NCBI GenBank assembly: GCA_963659875.1
Contig: CAVKVA010000008.1
Coordinates: forward strand, 37,793-101,792
DNA length: 64,000 nucleotides
Direction: 5' to 3'
Source of the DNA: Parolsenella sp.
Lineage (GTDB): Bacteria > Bacillota > Clostridia > Lachnospirales > Lachnospiraceae
Shown: positions 47,557 through 56,418 of the stretch, piece after piece
Numbering within the stretch: the stretch's first letter is position 1
How the letters are laid out: each line of letters opens with the position of its first letter
The notes under the pieces: model-generated
What the model saw: only the letters and a program-made list of their open reading frames with translations
What the model was told of the DNA's origin: nothing
The model's database searches: none
Made by a program: the position numbers and the translations under genes

Positions 47557-47601
47557 CGGCAGTAAAAACTGTTTTACACAGTCAGTACTGCCGATTTTTT
47601 T
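47557..47601 (+). terminator. rho-independent terminator (plus-strand orientation)
   Basis: CGGCAGTA-(21 nt)-TACTGCCG, followed by ATTTTTTT. Confidence 0.55.
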
Positions 47602-47605
47602 ATGC

Positions 47606-47830
47606 TTATTTATCGGAGTTCTTCTCCTGATCGCGGGCCATGGTTTCGTCAATGGCCCGGTTGATGAAAGCAGTGGTGCTTTCTTCCATTGAGGCTGCAT
47701 GATCCTGGACGACGGTTCTGCGTTCCGGAGTCATGCGGACCTTTACTTCTACAAATTTACTATTGTATCTGGCATTGGCTTCCTTGCGGGCCTGCGTCAG
47801 TTTTCTTCCGGGTTTCTTCTCTTCACTCAT
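47606..47830 (-). CDS. ribbon-helix-helix (CopG/Arc-like) DNA-binding protein
   Basis: 74 aa. KFVEVKVRMTPERRTVVQDHAASMEESTTAFINRAIDETM follows the beta-alpha-alpha RHH pattern. The gene is divergent from the symE-parAB operon. Confidence 0.7.
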   Translation of the reverse strand: MSEEKKPGRKLTQARKEANARYNSKFVEVKVRMTPERRTVVQDHAASMEESTTAFINRAIDETMARDQEKNSDK

Positions 47831-47893
47831 TCATCTATTCTCTCAATCTGCCCGTTCGGGCGCAATATTCCAAAAAGATTATAGCATAAAGGC

Positions 47894-47968
47894 GGACATA
47901 AGACCATGTATTTTTAAAAGGACATGCGACCATACATTTTCTTGTTGACGGGACATGCGACTATGTCC
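47894..47968. promoter_or_regulatory. three GGACAT-N6-(C)ATGT operator-like repeats overlapping a promoter
   Basis: The repeats are GGACATAAGACCATGTA (47894), GGACATGCGACCATACAT (47920) and GGACATGCGACTATGTCC (47951). The third lies between TTGACG (47944) and TATAAT (47969). Confidence 0.45.
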
Positions 47969-48019
47969 TATAATGAAGCTCCAAAGGAAAATAGTACACA
48001 GATAGAAAGGAGCAAATCT

Positions 48020-48337
48020 ATGACAAGAAAACGTAAAGAATACAGGGAACTAAAGGTAAGCAGCTTCAGCGGATACGGCTATAAGACAGCGCCTATGCTG
48101 CGGATTCAGGGACTGTGGCTGGAGGAGCTTGGCTTCAATGTGGGAGAGCCGATTCTGGTTAAGTGCGAGGATGGTAAGCTGGTCATTACTGTGGATCGTG
48201 ACAGAGCCATTGCCAAGGAGAAGGAACAGGCTTATCTGGATGCGGAGATGAAGAAGCTGCAGAAGAAGTTTGAGGCTGAGAAGAAAAAGATTTACCAACA
48301 GGTCGTTGCTGAGAGAAAAGAGGTGTATGGCGCATGA
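48020..48337 (+). CDS. SymE-family (AbrB-fold) toxin-like protein
   Basis: 105 aa. APMLRIQGLWLEELGFNVGEPILVKCEDGKLVITV matches the SymE/SpoVT-AbrB pattern, followed by a K/E-rich tail. The RBS is GAAAGGAG. The track start 47924 is too far upstream. Confidence 0.65.
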   Translation: MTRKRKEYRELKVSSFSGYGYKTAPMLRIQGLWLEELGFNVGEPILVKCEDGKLVITVDRDRAIAKEKEQAYLDAEMKKLQKKFEAEKKKIYQQVVAERKEVYGA

Positions 48338-49122
48338 TGGGAAAGATAATAATGATCGGTTCCATGAAGGGCGGCGTGTCAAAGACCGTGACGACATTCA
48401 ACTTGGCATATTCTCTGGCTAAGCTCGAAAGGAAGGTATTGGCTGTTGATTTCGACAGTCAGGCAAACTTAAGCACCTGCTTTGGAGTGGAGAACACAGC
48501 GACTCTTCCGGTAAGCATCGGAAGCCTGATGTTAAATCAAATCGAGGATGAAGAGATGCCGGAGACTTCAAAATTTATTATGAGCCGTAACGGTGTGGAT
48601 TTTATTCCATCATCCATATTGCTCTCTGCAGTGGATTCCAAACTGAGGCTGGAGATGGGAGCAGAAAAGATGCTCTCACAGATCCTGGAGCCGCTTCACA
48701 CTTCCTATGATTATATTCTGATAGACACATCACCTTCTCTTGGAGCATTAACTATCAATGCACTGGCTGCAGCCGATGAGGTAATCATTACTGTGAATCC
48801 TCAGCTTCTGGCAATGATGGGACTTCAGGATTTCTTAAAGACAGTAAAGAAGATTAAGAGCAGAGTAAATGAAAGGCTTGAGGTGGCAGGCATATTGCTC
48901 ACTATGTGCGATGCCAGAACCAATCTCTGCAGGACTATTACAGAGCAGGTAAATGAAACCTTCCAGGGACAGATCCGAATCTACGAGAGCATGATTCCAA
49001 ATACTGTAAAGGTTGGTGAATCCGTCTATTATTCGGAACCTCTTCTGGAATATGCACCGGAATGTAAGGCCAGTGAGGCTTATCTGAAATTTGCGGAGGA
49101 GGTAGTTGCCGATGAAAAGTAA
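48334..49122 (+). CDS. parA: ParA/Soj family partition ATPase
   Basis: A deviant Walker A (GSMKGGVSKTVTTFNLA), DFDSQANL and ILIDTSPSLG are present. The start forms an ATGA overlap with the symE-like stop. Confidence 0.9.
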   Translation: MMGKIIMIGSMKGGVSKTVTTFNLAYSLAKLERKVLAVDFDSQANLSTCFGVENTATLPVSIGSLMLNQIEDEEMPETSKFIMSRNGVDFIPSSILLSAVDSKLRLEMGAEKMLSQILEPLHTSYDYILIDTSPSLGALTINALAAADEVIITVNPQLLAMMGLQDFLKTVKKIKSRVNERLEVAGILLTMCDARTNLCRTITEQVNETFQGQIRIYESMIPNTVKVGESVYYSEPLLEYAPECKASEAYLKFAEEVVADEK

Positions 49123-50089
49123 TGCTCCAAAAAGACAGATTTTCGATGCAGTTGACCTGCTGACAGAAACGCCACCAGCACCGGCAAATAACTCTAAGAA
49201 AAAGAATGGAGTGGTGATGCTGAAGCTGGATGATATCAAGCCTTTCCATGATCATCCTTTTCATTTGTATGAGGGCGACCGGCTGGATGATATGGTGGAG
49301 AACATCAAGGATCATGGAGTGCTAAATCCGGTTATCGTCAGGACCACAGCGGATGGCTATGAAATGCTTTCCGGTCATAACAGACAGAATGCTGCAAGGC
49401 TAGCTGGCCTTGCAGAAATTCCGGCAATTGTGAAGGAGAACCTTCCGGATACAGATGCCTATGTATATGTCATCGAGACCAATCTGATGCAGAGGTCCTT
49501 TACGGATCTGGAGATATCTGAGAAGGCGGCAGTGCTGAAGGAACGGTATGACAAGGTCCTTTATCAGAGACAGAGGGAAAACATTATGGCTGAGGTGGCC
49601 AAGCTGGAAGGTAAGCCTTTAAAAGGTGGTCACGGTGACCAACATTTCAATAACCGCGATGAAGTCGGAAAAGAGTATGGGCTATCCGGCAGTTCCGTGG
49701 GAAGACTTTTAAAGGTAAACGACTTGATTGTGCCACTTCGTCACAAGCTGGATAATGGATCCCTGATATTTAAGGTGGGAATACAGCTCGCTTTTCTGAC
49801 AGAGGAAGAGCAACAGCTGGTGTATGAGCAGATGATGGAACTGCATGTGAAGCTGACTATGACGATGGCCATCAAGCTGAGAGAGCATTCCGGAGATCTG
49901 AATCTGGCAATGGTAAGAAGATACCTGACTAAGACGGTGGAACCGAAAGATAAGCCGATGAATGTTAAGGTGCCTGAGACCTTATCCAAGAAATATTTCA
50001 AAGGGAAGGACCAGAAGACTATTGAAGATATAATGGAGAAGGCACTGGCTGCCTGGTTTGCAGCAGAGAGTGTAGGTGCCGATGTTTGA
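49112..50089 (+). CDS. parB: ParB/Spo0J-like partition protein
   Basis: The ParB N-terminal domain is GVLNPVIVRTTADGYEMLSGHNRQNAARLAGLAEIPAIV. ATG 49112 follows GGAGGAGG and overlaps the parA end. Confidence 0.85.
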   Translation: MKSNAPKRQIFDAVDLLTETPPAPANNSKKKNGVVMLKLDDIKPFHDHPFHLYEGDRLDDMVENIKDHGVLNPVIVRTTADGYEMLSGHNRQNAARLAGLAEIPAIVKENLPDTDAYVYVIETNLMQRSFTDLEISEKAAVLKERYDKVLYQRQRENIMAEVAKLEGKPLKGGHGDQHFNNRDEVGKEYGLSGSSVGRLLKVNDLIVPLRHKLDNGSLIFKVGIQLAFLTEEEQQLVYEQMMELHVKLTMTMAIKLREHSGDLNLAMVRRYLTKTVEPKDKPMNVKVPETLSKKYFKGKDQKTIEDIMEKALAAWFAAESVGADV

Positions 50090-50357
50090 TGAAAAGAGTC
50101 TTAAGAAAATAGATCCGGTCTATTTCAATATCATATTGGCGGACGATATGGATGTGACAATTCAGAGCAGAAATACCGGGCGTTACTGGTATCTGCACTG
50201 CGCCGGCTATCCGACGGAAGAAGCGCTGGTAATCTTTCATAAGCATCATTTTAAGGATGGATATCATCAGCATGGAAGAGCCAGGACACTGAGGCAGGCG
50301 ATAAAAAGTATTCAGGGACACGATGATTATCAATTGAATGTAAGGAAATGCATATAG
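50082..50357 (+). CDS. hypothetical protein (91 aa), last gene of the par operon
   Basis: ATG 50082 overlaps the parB stop. I recognise no family. Confidence 0.45.
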   Translation: MFDEKSLKKIDPVYFNIILADDMDVTIQSRNTGRYWYLHCAGYPTEEALVIFHKHHFKDGYHQHGRARTLRQAIKSIQGHDDYQLNVRKCI

Positions 50358-50365
50358 AAAAATGA

Positions 50366-50402
50366 GCGGCGGTATCTTCGTGATGAGGATATCGCCGCTT
50401 TG
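50366..50402. terminator. stem-loop between convergent genes
   Basis: GCGGCGGTATC-(11 nt)-GATATCGCCGC is an 11-bp stem with one G-T pair, followed by TTTGG. Confidence 0.5.
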
Positions 50403-50425
50403 GTAGTTACGGGTTAGCTTACAGC

Positions 50426-51028
50426 TTATTCTCCGTAGTAGAGCTTCTTAGCAAGCTCCTGAGCTGCTTTAATATCGGCGTAGCCCTGAGATTTGCCAAG
50501 ATGTAATTCTTCAAGAATCTGGCCTTTGGTGTAATCTTCGCAGATGAGATCCAGAATGCGGCCGTACTTCGGATTGATTATATGGATCTGCTTTAACAGA
50601 TCATCAATGATCATGCGGAGCATAACGGTATCTTCCAGATTTTCCGGTGATGCAGGCTCGAAACCTTTGCCATCTTCTGATTCGGCTTCTTCCAGAAACT
50701 GATCCAGGGAAAGAGTATCGTCTGTCTGGAAGGATGCAAAGTATTCACGTACATCACGATAGAAGCTTTTGATGGCAGCAGCTTTGTTCTCAGTTGCCAC
50801 CGGTGCAAAGGCTATCAGAACCTTATTCGGTCCGATATGCCAGGTCTCAAGGTTGTCACGGCACATGTTGAAGTGCTTGACCATTTCCCAGTCTACACGG
50901 ATCGGGACGAGGCACTCGCCCTGGTGTAGCGGAAGATTGTTGTAGCTGCGACGGTTGCCGTAGTTGTGATTGTCATTGGTTGACTGATGATTTTCAGTAC
51001 TTGTTTGTACATTTACATTGATTTCCAT
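50426..51028 (-). CDS. hypothetical protein with C-terminal sigma-70 region-4-like HTH
   Basis: 200 aa. The C-terminal ILDLICEDYTKGQILEELHLGKSQGYADIKAAQELAKKL resembles a region-4/LuxR-like HTH. The N-terminal domain is unknown. Confidence 0.4.
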   Translation of the reverse strand: MEINVNVQTSTENHQSTNDNHNYGNRRSYNNLPLHQGECLVPIRVDWEMVKHFNMCRDNLETWHIGPNKVLIAFAPVATENKAAAIKSFYRDVREYFASFQTDDTLSLDQFLEEAESEDGKGFEPASPENLEDTVMLRMIIDDLLKQIHIINPKYGRILDLICEDYTKGQILEELHLGKSQGYADIKAAQELAKKLYYGE

Positions 51029-51260
51029 ATCGTGCGGCCTCCTGTGTCCGCTGAAAGCGGAACGAAGGCTTCGATATGAAATTCAGATAAGCATCGATTG
51101 ACTTATTCATGGCACGTCTCCGTTCCGAAAAATAAGCAATCAGGCTTCTTAGCCCCTGATGCGGTTTATAAGGTTTATCACGCCACAACTCTAAGAAGAG
51201 GGCCGCGTCCGGCAGTTGCTTTGTGATGGAGCAGTTTTACGTCGTGCTCGGGACGGGTAT

Positions 51261-51452
51261 TTAATTGTCGTTTGCCATCAGATATAAATCACTGAAAGCA
51301 GATTCGTAGTCGCTTGGACTGAGTTCTTCAGCAGAGTTAACACCGAATCTTTGAAAGACGGACTTCGCTACATCAGAACCATATTCAGCACTTACTTTGT
51401 CAGCGGCATCCTGAATGCTGTCTAACATATCTCTGTTGCTGTACCAGCTCAT
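51261..51452 (-). CDS. hypothetical small acidic protein (63 aa)
   Basis: ATG 51452 is preceded by GGAGG, on the same strand and upstream of the 50426-51028 gene. Confidence 0.4.
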   Translation of the reverse strand: MSWYSNRDMLDSIQDAADKVSAEYGSDVAKSVFQRFGVNSAEELSPSDYESAFSDLYLMANDN

Positions 51453-51673
51453 TTTCTGTACCTCCATATTCCGTCCGCTCATTCTGCCGGGCCCTGGCGT
51501 TGGCAGACATATTTCAAAAGAAATTTTAAAGTCGATTTGAGTTGATTTATAACCAATGACCACCGAGAAAGTTGATTCATAAGACCACTTATGCTAAGAT
51601 GGAAATTGGGTTTTTATATCAACTGATAACCGCTTCCTACATTTTTCTTTTGATGATTTAAGGATACCAATCG

Positions 51674-51739
51674 AAAAAGGGACTTACATTATGGGAGACT
51701 ATCGATAAAAAGGGACTTTTGGGACCAAAAAAGGGACTT
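51674..51739 (+). repeat. three direct copies of AAAAAGGGACTT immediately upstream of the first gene of the defence array
   Basis: Copies lie at 51674-51685, 51707-51718 and 51728-51739. The last abuts start codon ATG 51741. Confidence 0.6.
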
Positions 51740-51740
51740 G

Positions 51741-52580
51741 ATGAAAAAGATAACGATTAAAGAATATTCCGATGCTGTGAAGAAGAGTTTTGGCATCACG
51801 ATTAGCCAAGGTCAATTCATGCGTGAAATGTTTACAGCGGCTGGATCTGATAAATTCTCCTCTCGATCCGACGAGGATTATGCAAAAAAAATCTGCAATG
51901 GTTCCAAACCCATTACAGATGAAATGAAAAACAGCTTCCCAAAGCCATACCGTGTTAAAGCTGTGGCTACATATCTGACAGGGAAAAATGCTGAATCAAA
52001 GATATATAATCTTGCACTATTTTTTGAAGTACAGCATGCGGATGTAAAAAAGGAGCATCTCTTAAAAGCTATAGCTGCTCAGTTCTTCTTATACGTTGAA
52101 GGTGGAGGGCAGGATAAGGCTGAGGAGAATCAAGTTCCGGTAACCTATCAGAGACTTTTAGACGGTACCATTGATGAAAATGTACTGGGTTTTCCTCTAT
52201 ATTCCGGAGATCGGGCATGGGTAATAAATGGCCAAAGAGTAAGAGCCTATACAAAAGGATTTTACGAAAAGTTTAAACATGTCTGGGATATTCGAAATAA
52301 TGGAAAAGTAGTCTGGAGCGGCCGCAAACTAATATGCAGAAGCGAAAGTACACAATATATAAAGTTAGATAAGCTGGAACTGGACATCCCCGAGACTGAA
52401 CCTGGGGGTCGTTTTGAAATTACAGTAGATGTGGATTCCAGAGGTAAGGAAGGCACATTTGAAAGTATCTGGGAAATGATTGACAGCAACGGTAATAATT
52501 GTTTTCCAGATGATAAGAAACAGTTTGCATTTACAGTAACTGTTATTAACAAATCACGGAGAGCGATGGAGGCTGAGTGA
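51741..52580 (+). CDS. protein with unknown N-terminal domain and C-terminal NBR1-FW / Ig-like domain
   Basis: The C-terminal FKHVWDIRNNGKVVWSGRKLIC...ELDIPETEPGGRFEITVDVDSRGKEGTFESIWEMIDSNGNNCFPDDKKQFAFTVTV follows the W.v.N.G...W / p.v.PGe..e.sv...aP...G.y.s.W.m pattern of the NBR1-like Ig domain. Confidence 0.5.
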   Translation: MKKITIKEYSDAVKKSFGITISQGQFMREMFTAAGSDKFSSRSDEDYAKKICNGSKPITDEMKNSFPKPYRVKAVATYLTGKNAESKIYNLALFFEVQHADVKKEHLLKAIAAQFFLYVEGGGQDKAEENQVPVTYQRLLDGTIDENVLGFPLYSGDRAWVINGQRVRAYTKGFYEKFKHVWDIRNNGKVVWSGRKLICRSESTQYIKLDKLELDIPETEPGGRFEITVDVDSRGKEGTFESIWEMIDSNGNNCFPDDKKQFAFTVTVINKSRRAMEAE

Positions 52581-52798
52581 TGAGTGACAATACAATCGAG
52601 AAATGGTCAACATTAAAAGAAGTACAGGAGCATTTAGGAGTAGGACGCGAGACAATTCTTCAGTGGATCGCAAAGAAGAATATGCCTGCGTATAAGATGG
52701 GACGGCTCTGGAAATTTAAAATATCTGAAGTTGATGCATGGGTTAAGTCTGGGGAGGCTGCAGATAATTCAGCACCGCAGGATCAGGAAAATCAATAA
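52580..52798 (+). CDS. excisionase-family / MerR-like helix-turn-helix DNA-binding protein
   Basis: 72 aa. WSTLKEVQEHLGVGRETILQWIAKKNMPAYKMGRLWKFKISEVDAWV is the classic excisionase-type HTH. The start overlaps the stop of the preceding gene (TGATG). Confidence 0.7.
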   Translation: MSDNTIEKWSTLKEVQEHLGVGRETILQWIAKKNMPAYKMGRLWKFKISEVDAWVKSGEAADNSAPQDQENQ

Positions 52799-52815
52799 TT
52801 TTTACGGAGGCAGTA

Positions 52816-53739
52816 ATGGGGGATCAAATTCTCAGCAAAACATTAAATGAAAAATTTGATACCGTTTTCGAAGAGGTGGAACATTCAGAGTCCTTAGGAC
52901 TGATGAATAAGAACGACCTCAAATTATTCTGCCTGGATATAGAAAATAATGAGTTCAGCTTTGATCCATTGATAGAATTCCTGACAGATAATCTGGGCCA
53001 GTATGTTTTTTCCAGGGCTGAGATTGATGATCTTAAGATGGATGGTAAAGAACAGACAGTTGCGCTAAAAGCGGTCAGAAGATTGTATAAAGCAGGAAGA
53101 CCTGACGAGAAAGGAACCGGAAACGAGCTCGGGGAGGTACTTGACTATTGCTTCTTTGAGCATGTACTTGGTGCTCCCAAAATCCTCAGTAAATATGAGC
53201 AAATATCTGTCGGAGGAATCTATAAAGCAAAGAGCTCAGGTGTCCATCTGCTGACAGTGGGTGATGAGACAGCACCGGCATATCAGCTGGTGTATGGAGC
53301 ATCCGGAATAATTGACGATATACAGGATGCAATAGATAAAGCTTTTGAGGAGATTGCTGCAGTTTCAGGCGGTCAGAGGCAGGAACGCCAGGTAGTAGAT
53401 AGTACCATTATGGGCAAAAGCTTTGATAATCAGACAACAGAAAGGCTTAAGGAAGTTCTTCTGCCAAGCAAGAAGAAAATACCGGTAGATAACGCTTATG
53501 GCATGTTTATAGGTTACACCCTTGGCTTAGATGTAGATCAATATACAAATGAAGAATTCAGGGCTGAGGCTCAGAGCAAGATGCGTTTGGATCTTCAGCA
53601 TCATGTTCAGTATATCGTGGATAAGGTCAATGAGTTGAAACTGAGTAGGTGCTCTTTCTATATCTATGTACTTCCGCTTAACAGTGCACTTTCAGATAAA
53701 AAAGAAGTTATGGATAGACTGCTGGGAGGTGACGACTGA
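52816..53739 (+). CDS. hamA: Hachiman HamA (DUF1837-like)
   Basis: 307 aa, immediately upstream of and overlapping a large SF2 helicase gene. The GNELGEVLDYCFFEHVLGAPKILSK helix is typical of DUF1837. Confidence 0.7.
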   Translation: MGDQILSKTLNEKFDTVFEEVEHSESLGLMNKNDLKLFCLDIENNEFSFDPLIEFLTDNLGQYVFSRAEIDDLKMDGKEQTVALKAVRRLYKAGRPDEKGTGNELGEVLDYCFFEHVLGAPKILSKYEQISVGGIYKAKSSGVHLLTVGDETAPAYQLVYGASGIIDDIQDAIDKAFEEIAAVSGGQRQERQVVDSTIMGKSFDNQTTERLKEVLLPSKKKIPVDNAYGMFIGYTLGLDVDQYTNEEFRAEAQSKMRLDLQHHVQYIVDKVNELKLSRCSFYIYVLPLNSALSDKKEVMDRLLGGDD

Positions 53740-56348
53740 TGCCGGATAACGCTGAAAACCAGGTTCGGCTTGCAGATGCCATTTACCAGAATATTTTGGA
53801 AAATGAGTATCTTCAGGAACTCTATGCGGCAATACTACATAACTACACGATTAAATTATTTGGGGACGATCAGAAATATTGTGTCGAATTCGACAAGATA
53901 GACGCATTGCGGTTTGCAGATATTTTATCCAAGTCCTCTTATAATGAGAAATCTGATGTACATAAATCACTTGCGCAGGAAATGGTTACGCTTTTGGATT
54001 ATTTATATCCGAATGATGAGGATGTCGCTTTTTATGCCGGTTCCGTTTTGACCAACACCTGCAATTTCCGAGGCAGGGATTTGATGGCTCCAGAGTACAA
54101 GAGCAGTTCACTTTTTGAACAGCTGTATTCTGAAGTTATGAAGGAATATCTGGAAGTTCCAGGAGATGAAGAAAAGCACTTTTTCAGATCGCAGAAGGAA
54201 GTATACGATCATTTTGAGGATGGAAGTTTCAGCTACTCAGGACCTACTTCTATGGGTAAATCCTTTGTTATGCAGACCTTCATAAAAAATCAGATAGAAC
54301 TGGATAAGGGCTATAATTTCGCACTGCTGGTTCCGACCAAGGCATTGATTAATGAGGTGACGAGTGAACTGACAAAGACGCTTCGGAATTATTTTGCAGA
54401 GAAGGATTACAGAATCGTTACTTCAGCAGGCGCAGTGGTCCTGAAAGATGTACATCACTTCATTTTTATCATGACGCCGGAAAGAATGGCTTACCTTCTG
54501 ACTTTATATAGAGACATGCCGATAGACTATATCTTTATAGATGAGGCACATAAAATTTCAGAAGAAGACTCCAGAAGTGCTTTTTACTATTCGGTTGTGG
54601 AGAAATTATGCAACAGACAGAACAAACCGAGGATTATTTTTGCATCTCCCAATATCCCGAATCCGGAAATCTATCAGCAGTTAATTCCGGAAGGAACAGA
54701 TTTGGTAAAAAATCAGATGGCTTCTGAATACACACCTGTGAGTCAGGTTAAGTTCCTGGTGGATTTTAATCATGGTGAAATTAAATACTATGATTCGATA
54801 AAGCGATGTCTGACATATGCCAGTCAATTAACAGGAGATGAAAACCTTTACAGGCTTCTTATAAAACTCGGAGGAAGTTCGAAGAATCTGGTGTATTGTC
54901 ATTCTAAAACGAGAGTCATTGAGTATGCTCAGACTTTTGCGGCTATGCTTCCGGAACTCCATGACCCAGACTTGGATGCATTGTCGGATGAGATAAAGGA
55001 TGAGGTATATAATGATTATTTCCTTGCAGAGACGGTAAAAAAAGGCGTGGCCTACCATATGGGGTACCTTCCCGCTGCACTGCGCCTTAGGATAGAGGAA
55101 CTGTTTCGTCAGGAAAATAAGATACATACCATTGTGTGTACAAGCACTTTGCTTGAAGGAGTAAATCTTCCTGCGGATAACTTATTTGTGACACATTATC
55201 TAAACGGAAAGAAAGAACTGAATGAGGTGGCGTTCAGAAATCTTCTGGGTCGCGTTGGACGCATACAGTACAACCTTTACGGAAATGTATACCTTATGGC
55301 ACTTGAAAAAGGAACTGATACACAGAAGTATGCTGAAATGCTTCAAAAGGAAGTTCCTAAGCAGGAATTGTCAATAAGAAAGACGCTTACAAAGCATCAG
55401 GAGAAAAAGATAATAGAGCACTTGAAGCAGGGCAACACCGAACTTGATAAAACGAGTGCACAGACATTGGATGAGTTTGCTCTGATGAGGAAATTCATGG
55501 TAATGCTTCTGAGAAGCATATTAAACGATATCGATAGCCCGGTAAGGAAAGAATTTAAGGATTTACTGACGGACGAAGTTGTTAATCAGATTAAAAATGC
55601 CTTCTCGGGGAAAGAAAGTGAACTTGATGATCTGAATATCACTCCGGATCAGTCTGAGAAACTTTATTTTGCTATAAAAAATGGTTTGAAGTATCCCAAA
55701 ATCAATATTTACGGCTATGTGGATAATAAGGAGCTAATGGCATTCCTCGAAAAACTGAATGAAATATTTAACTGGAATAAATATGATCGCTCCCTTGTAG
55801 GAGGGGAATCAAATGGTGAGCATCCGGTGCTGAAAAGAAATGCGGTCGCTCTGTCAAAATGGTTTAAGGGAATGAGCATTCAGCAGATGATCAAGGATTC
55901 CATTGAATATAAAAAGGCCAGTGGACAAAAGGTCTATTTCCCGGATCATTCAAAAGAGTCGTATAACGGATCCGCCAGACACAATAATCAGATAGCGGCG
56001 GATGTGCTTAACGACATTAATGATGTAATTCTGTTTAGTTTTTCCAATTACTTTATGGCATTTTCATCCGCGTATAAAGCCTTTATAGGAGAAGAGAGCT
56101 TTTCGAATGATTGGTATGAATATGTGGAATATGGTTCTGTCAATCCATTAACCATCATGTTGCAACGTAATGGCTTTTCGAGAGAAGCAGCAACGTTCAT
56201 TACTGAAAATGAGAGGATCTATGTTGAAGCAACAGATGATGGCGCTCGGCTCAAATTGACTTTGCTTAATTGTGGAAAGACTACGGTTGAGCGTGAGGCC
56301 CAAATCATTCACATCAATATGCCGGAATTATTTATAGAACACAATTGA
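53739..56348 (+). CDS. hamB: Hachiman HamB (SF2 DEAD/DEAH-box helicase)
   Basis: 869 aa with Walker A GPTSMGKSF, DEAH box FIDEAHKI, and helicase-C motifs CTSTLLEGVNLPA and LLGRVGR. The start forms an ATG/TGA overlap with hamA. Confidence 0.8.
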   Translation: MPDNAENQVRLADAIYQNILENEYLQELYAAILHNYTIKLFGDDQKYCVEFDKIDALRFADILSKSSYNEKSDVHKSLAQEMVTLLDYLYPNDEDVAFYAGSVLTNTCNFRGRDLMAPEYKSSSLFEQLYSEVMKEYLEVPGDEEKHFFRSQKEVYDHFEDGSFSYSGPTSMGKSFVMQTFIKNQIELDKGYNFALLVPTKALINEVTSELTKTLRNYFAEKDYRIVTSAGAVVLKDVHHFIFIMTPERMAYLLTLYRDMPIDYIFIDEAHKISEEDSRSAFYYSVVEKLCNRQNKPRIIFASPNIPNPEIYQQLIPEGTDLVKNQMASEYTPVSQVKFLVDFNHGEIKYYDSIKRCLTYASQLTGDENLYRLLIKLGGSSKNLVYCHSKTRVIEYAQTFAAMLPELHDPDLDALSDEIKDEVYNDYFLAETVKKGVAYHMGYLPAALRLRIEELFRQENKIHTIVCTSTLLEGVNLPADNLFVTHYLNGKKELNEVAFRNLLGRVGRIQYNLYGNVYLMALEKGTDTQKYAEMLQKEVPKQELSIRKTLTKHQEKKIIEHLKQGNTELDKTSAQTLDEFALMRKFMVMLLRSILNDIDSPVRKEFKDLLTDEVVNQIKNAFSGKESELDDLNITPDQSEKLYFAIKNGLKYPKINIYGYVDNKELMAFLEKLNEIFNWNKYDRSLVGGESNGEHPVLKRNAVALSKWFKGMSIQQMIKDSIEYKKASGQKVYFPDHSKESYNGSARHNNQIAADVLNDINDVILFSFSNYFMAFSSAYKAFIGEESFSNDWYEYVEYGSVNPLTIMLQRNGFSREAATFITENERIYVEATDDGARLKLTLLNCGKTTVEREAQIIHINMPELFIEHN

Positions 56349-56418
56349 GTCCGTATTTTGGGACAATTAAAATGATAGCCTGATAGTGGCTAATAATATA
56401 TGAAAGGTGGAAGCGCTT

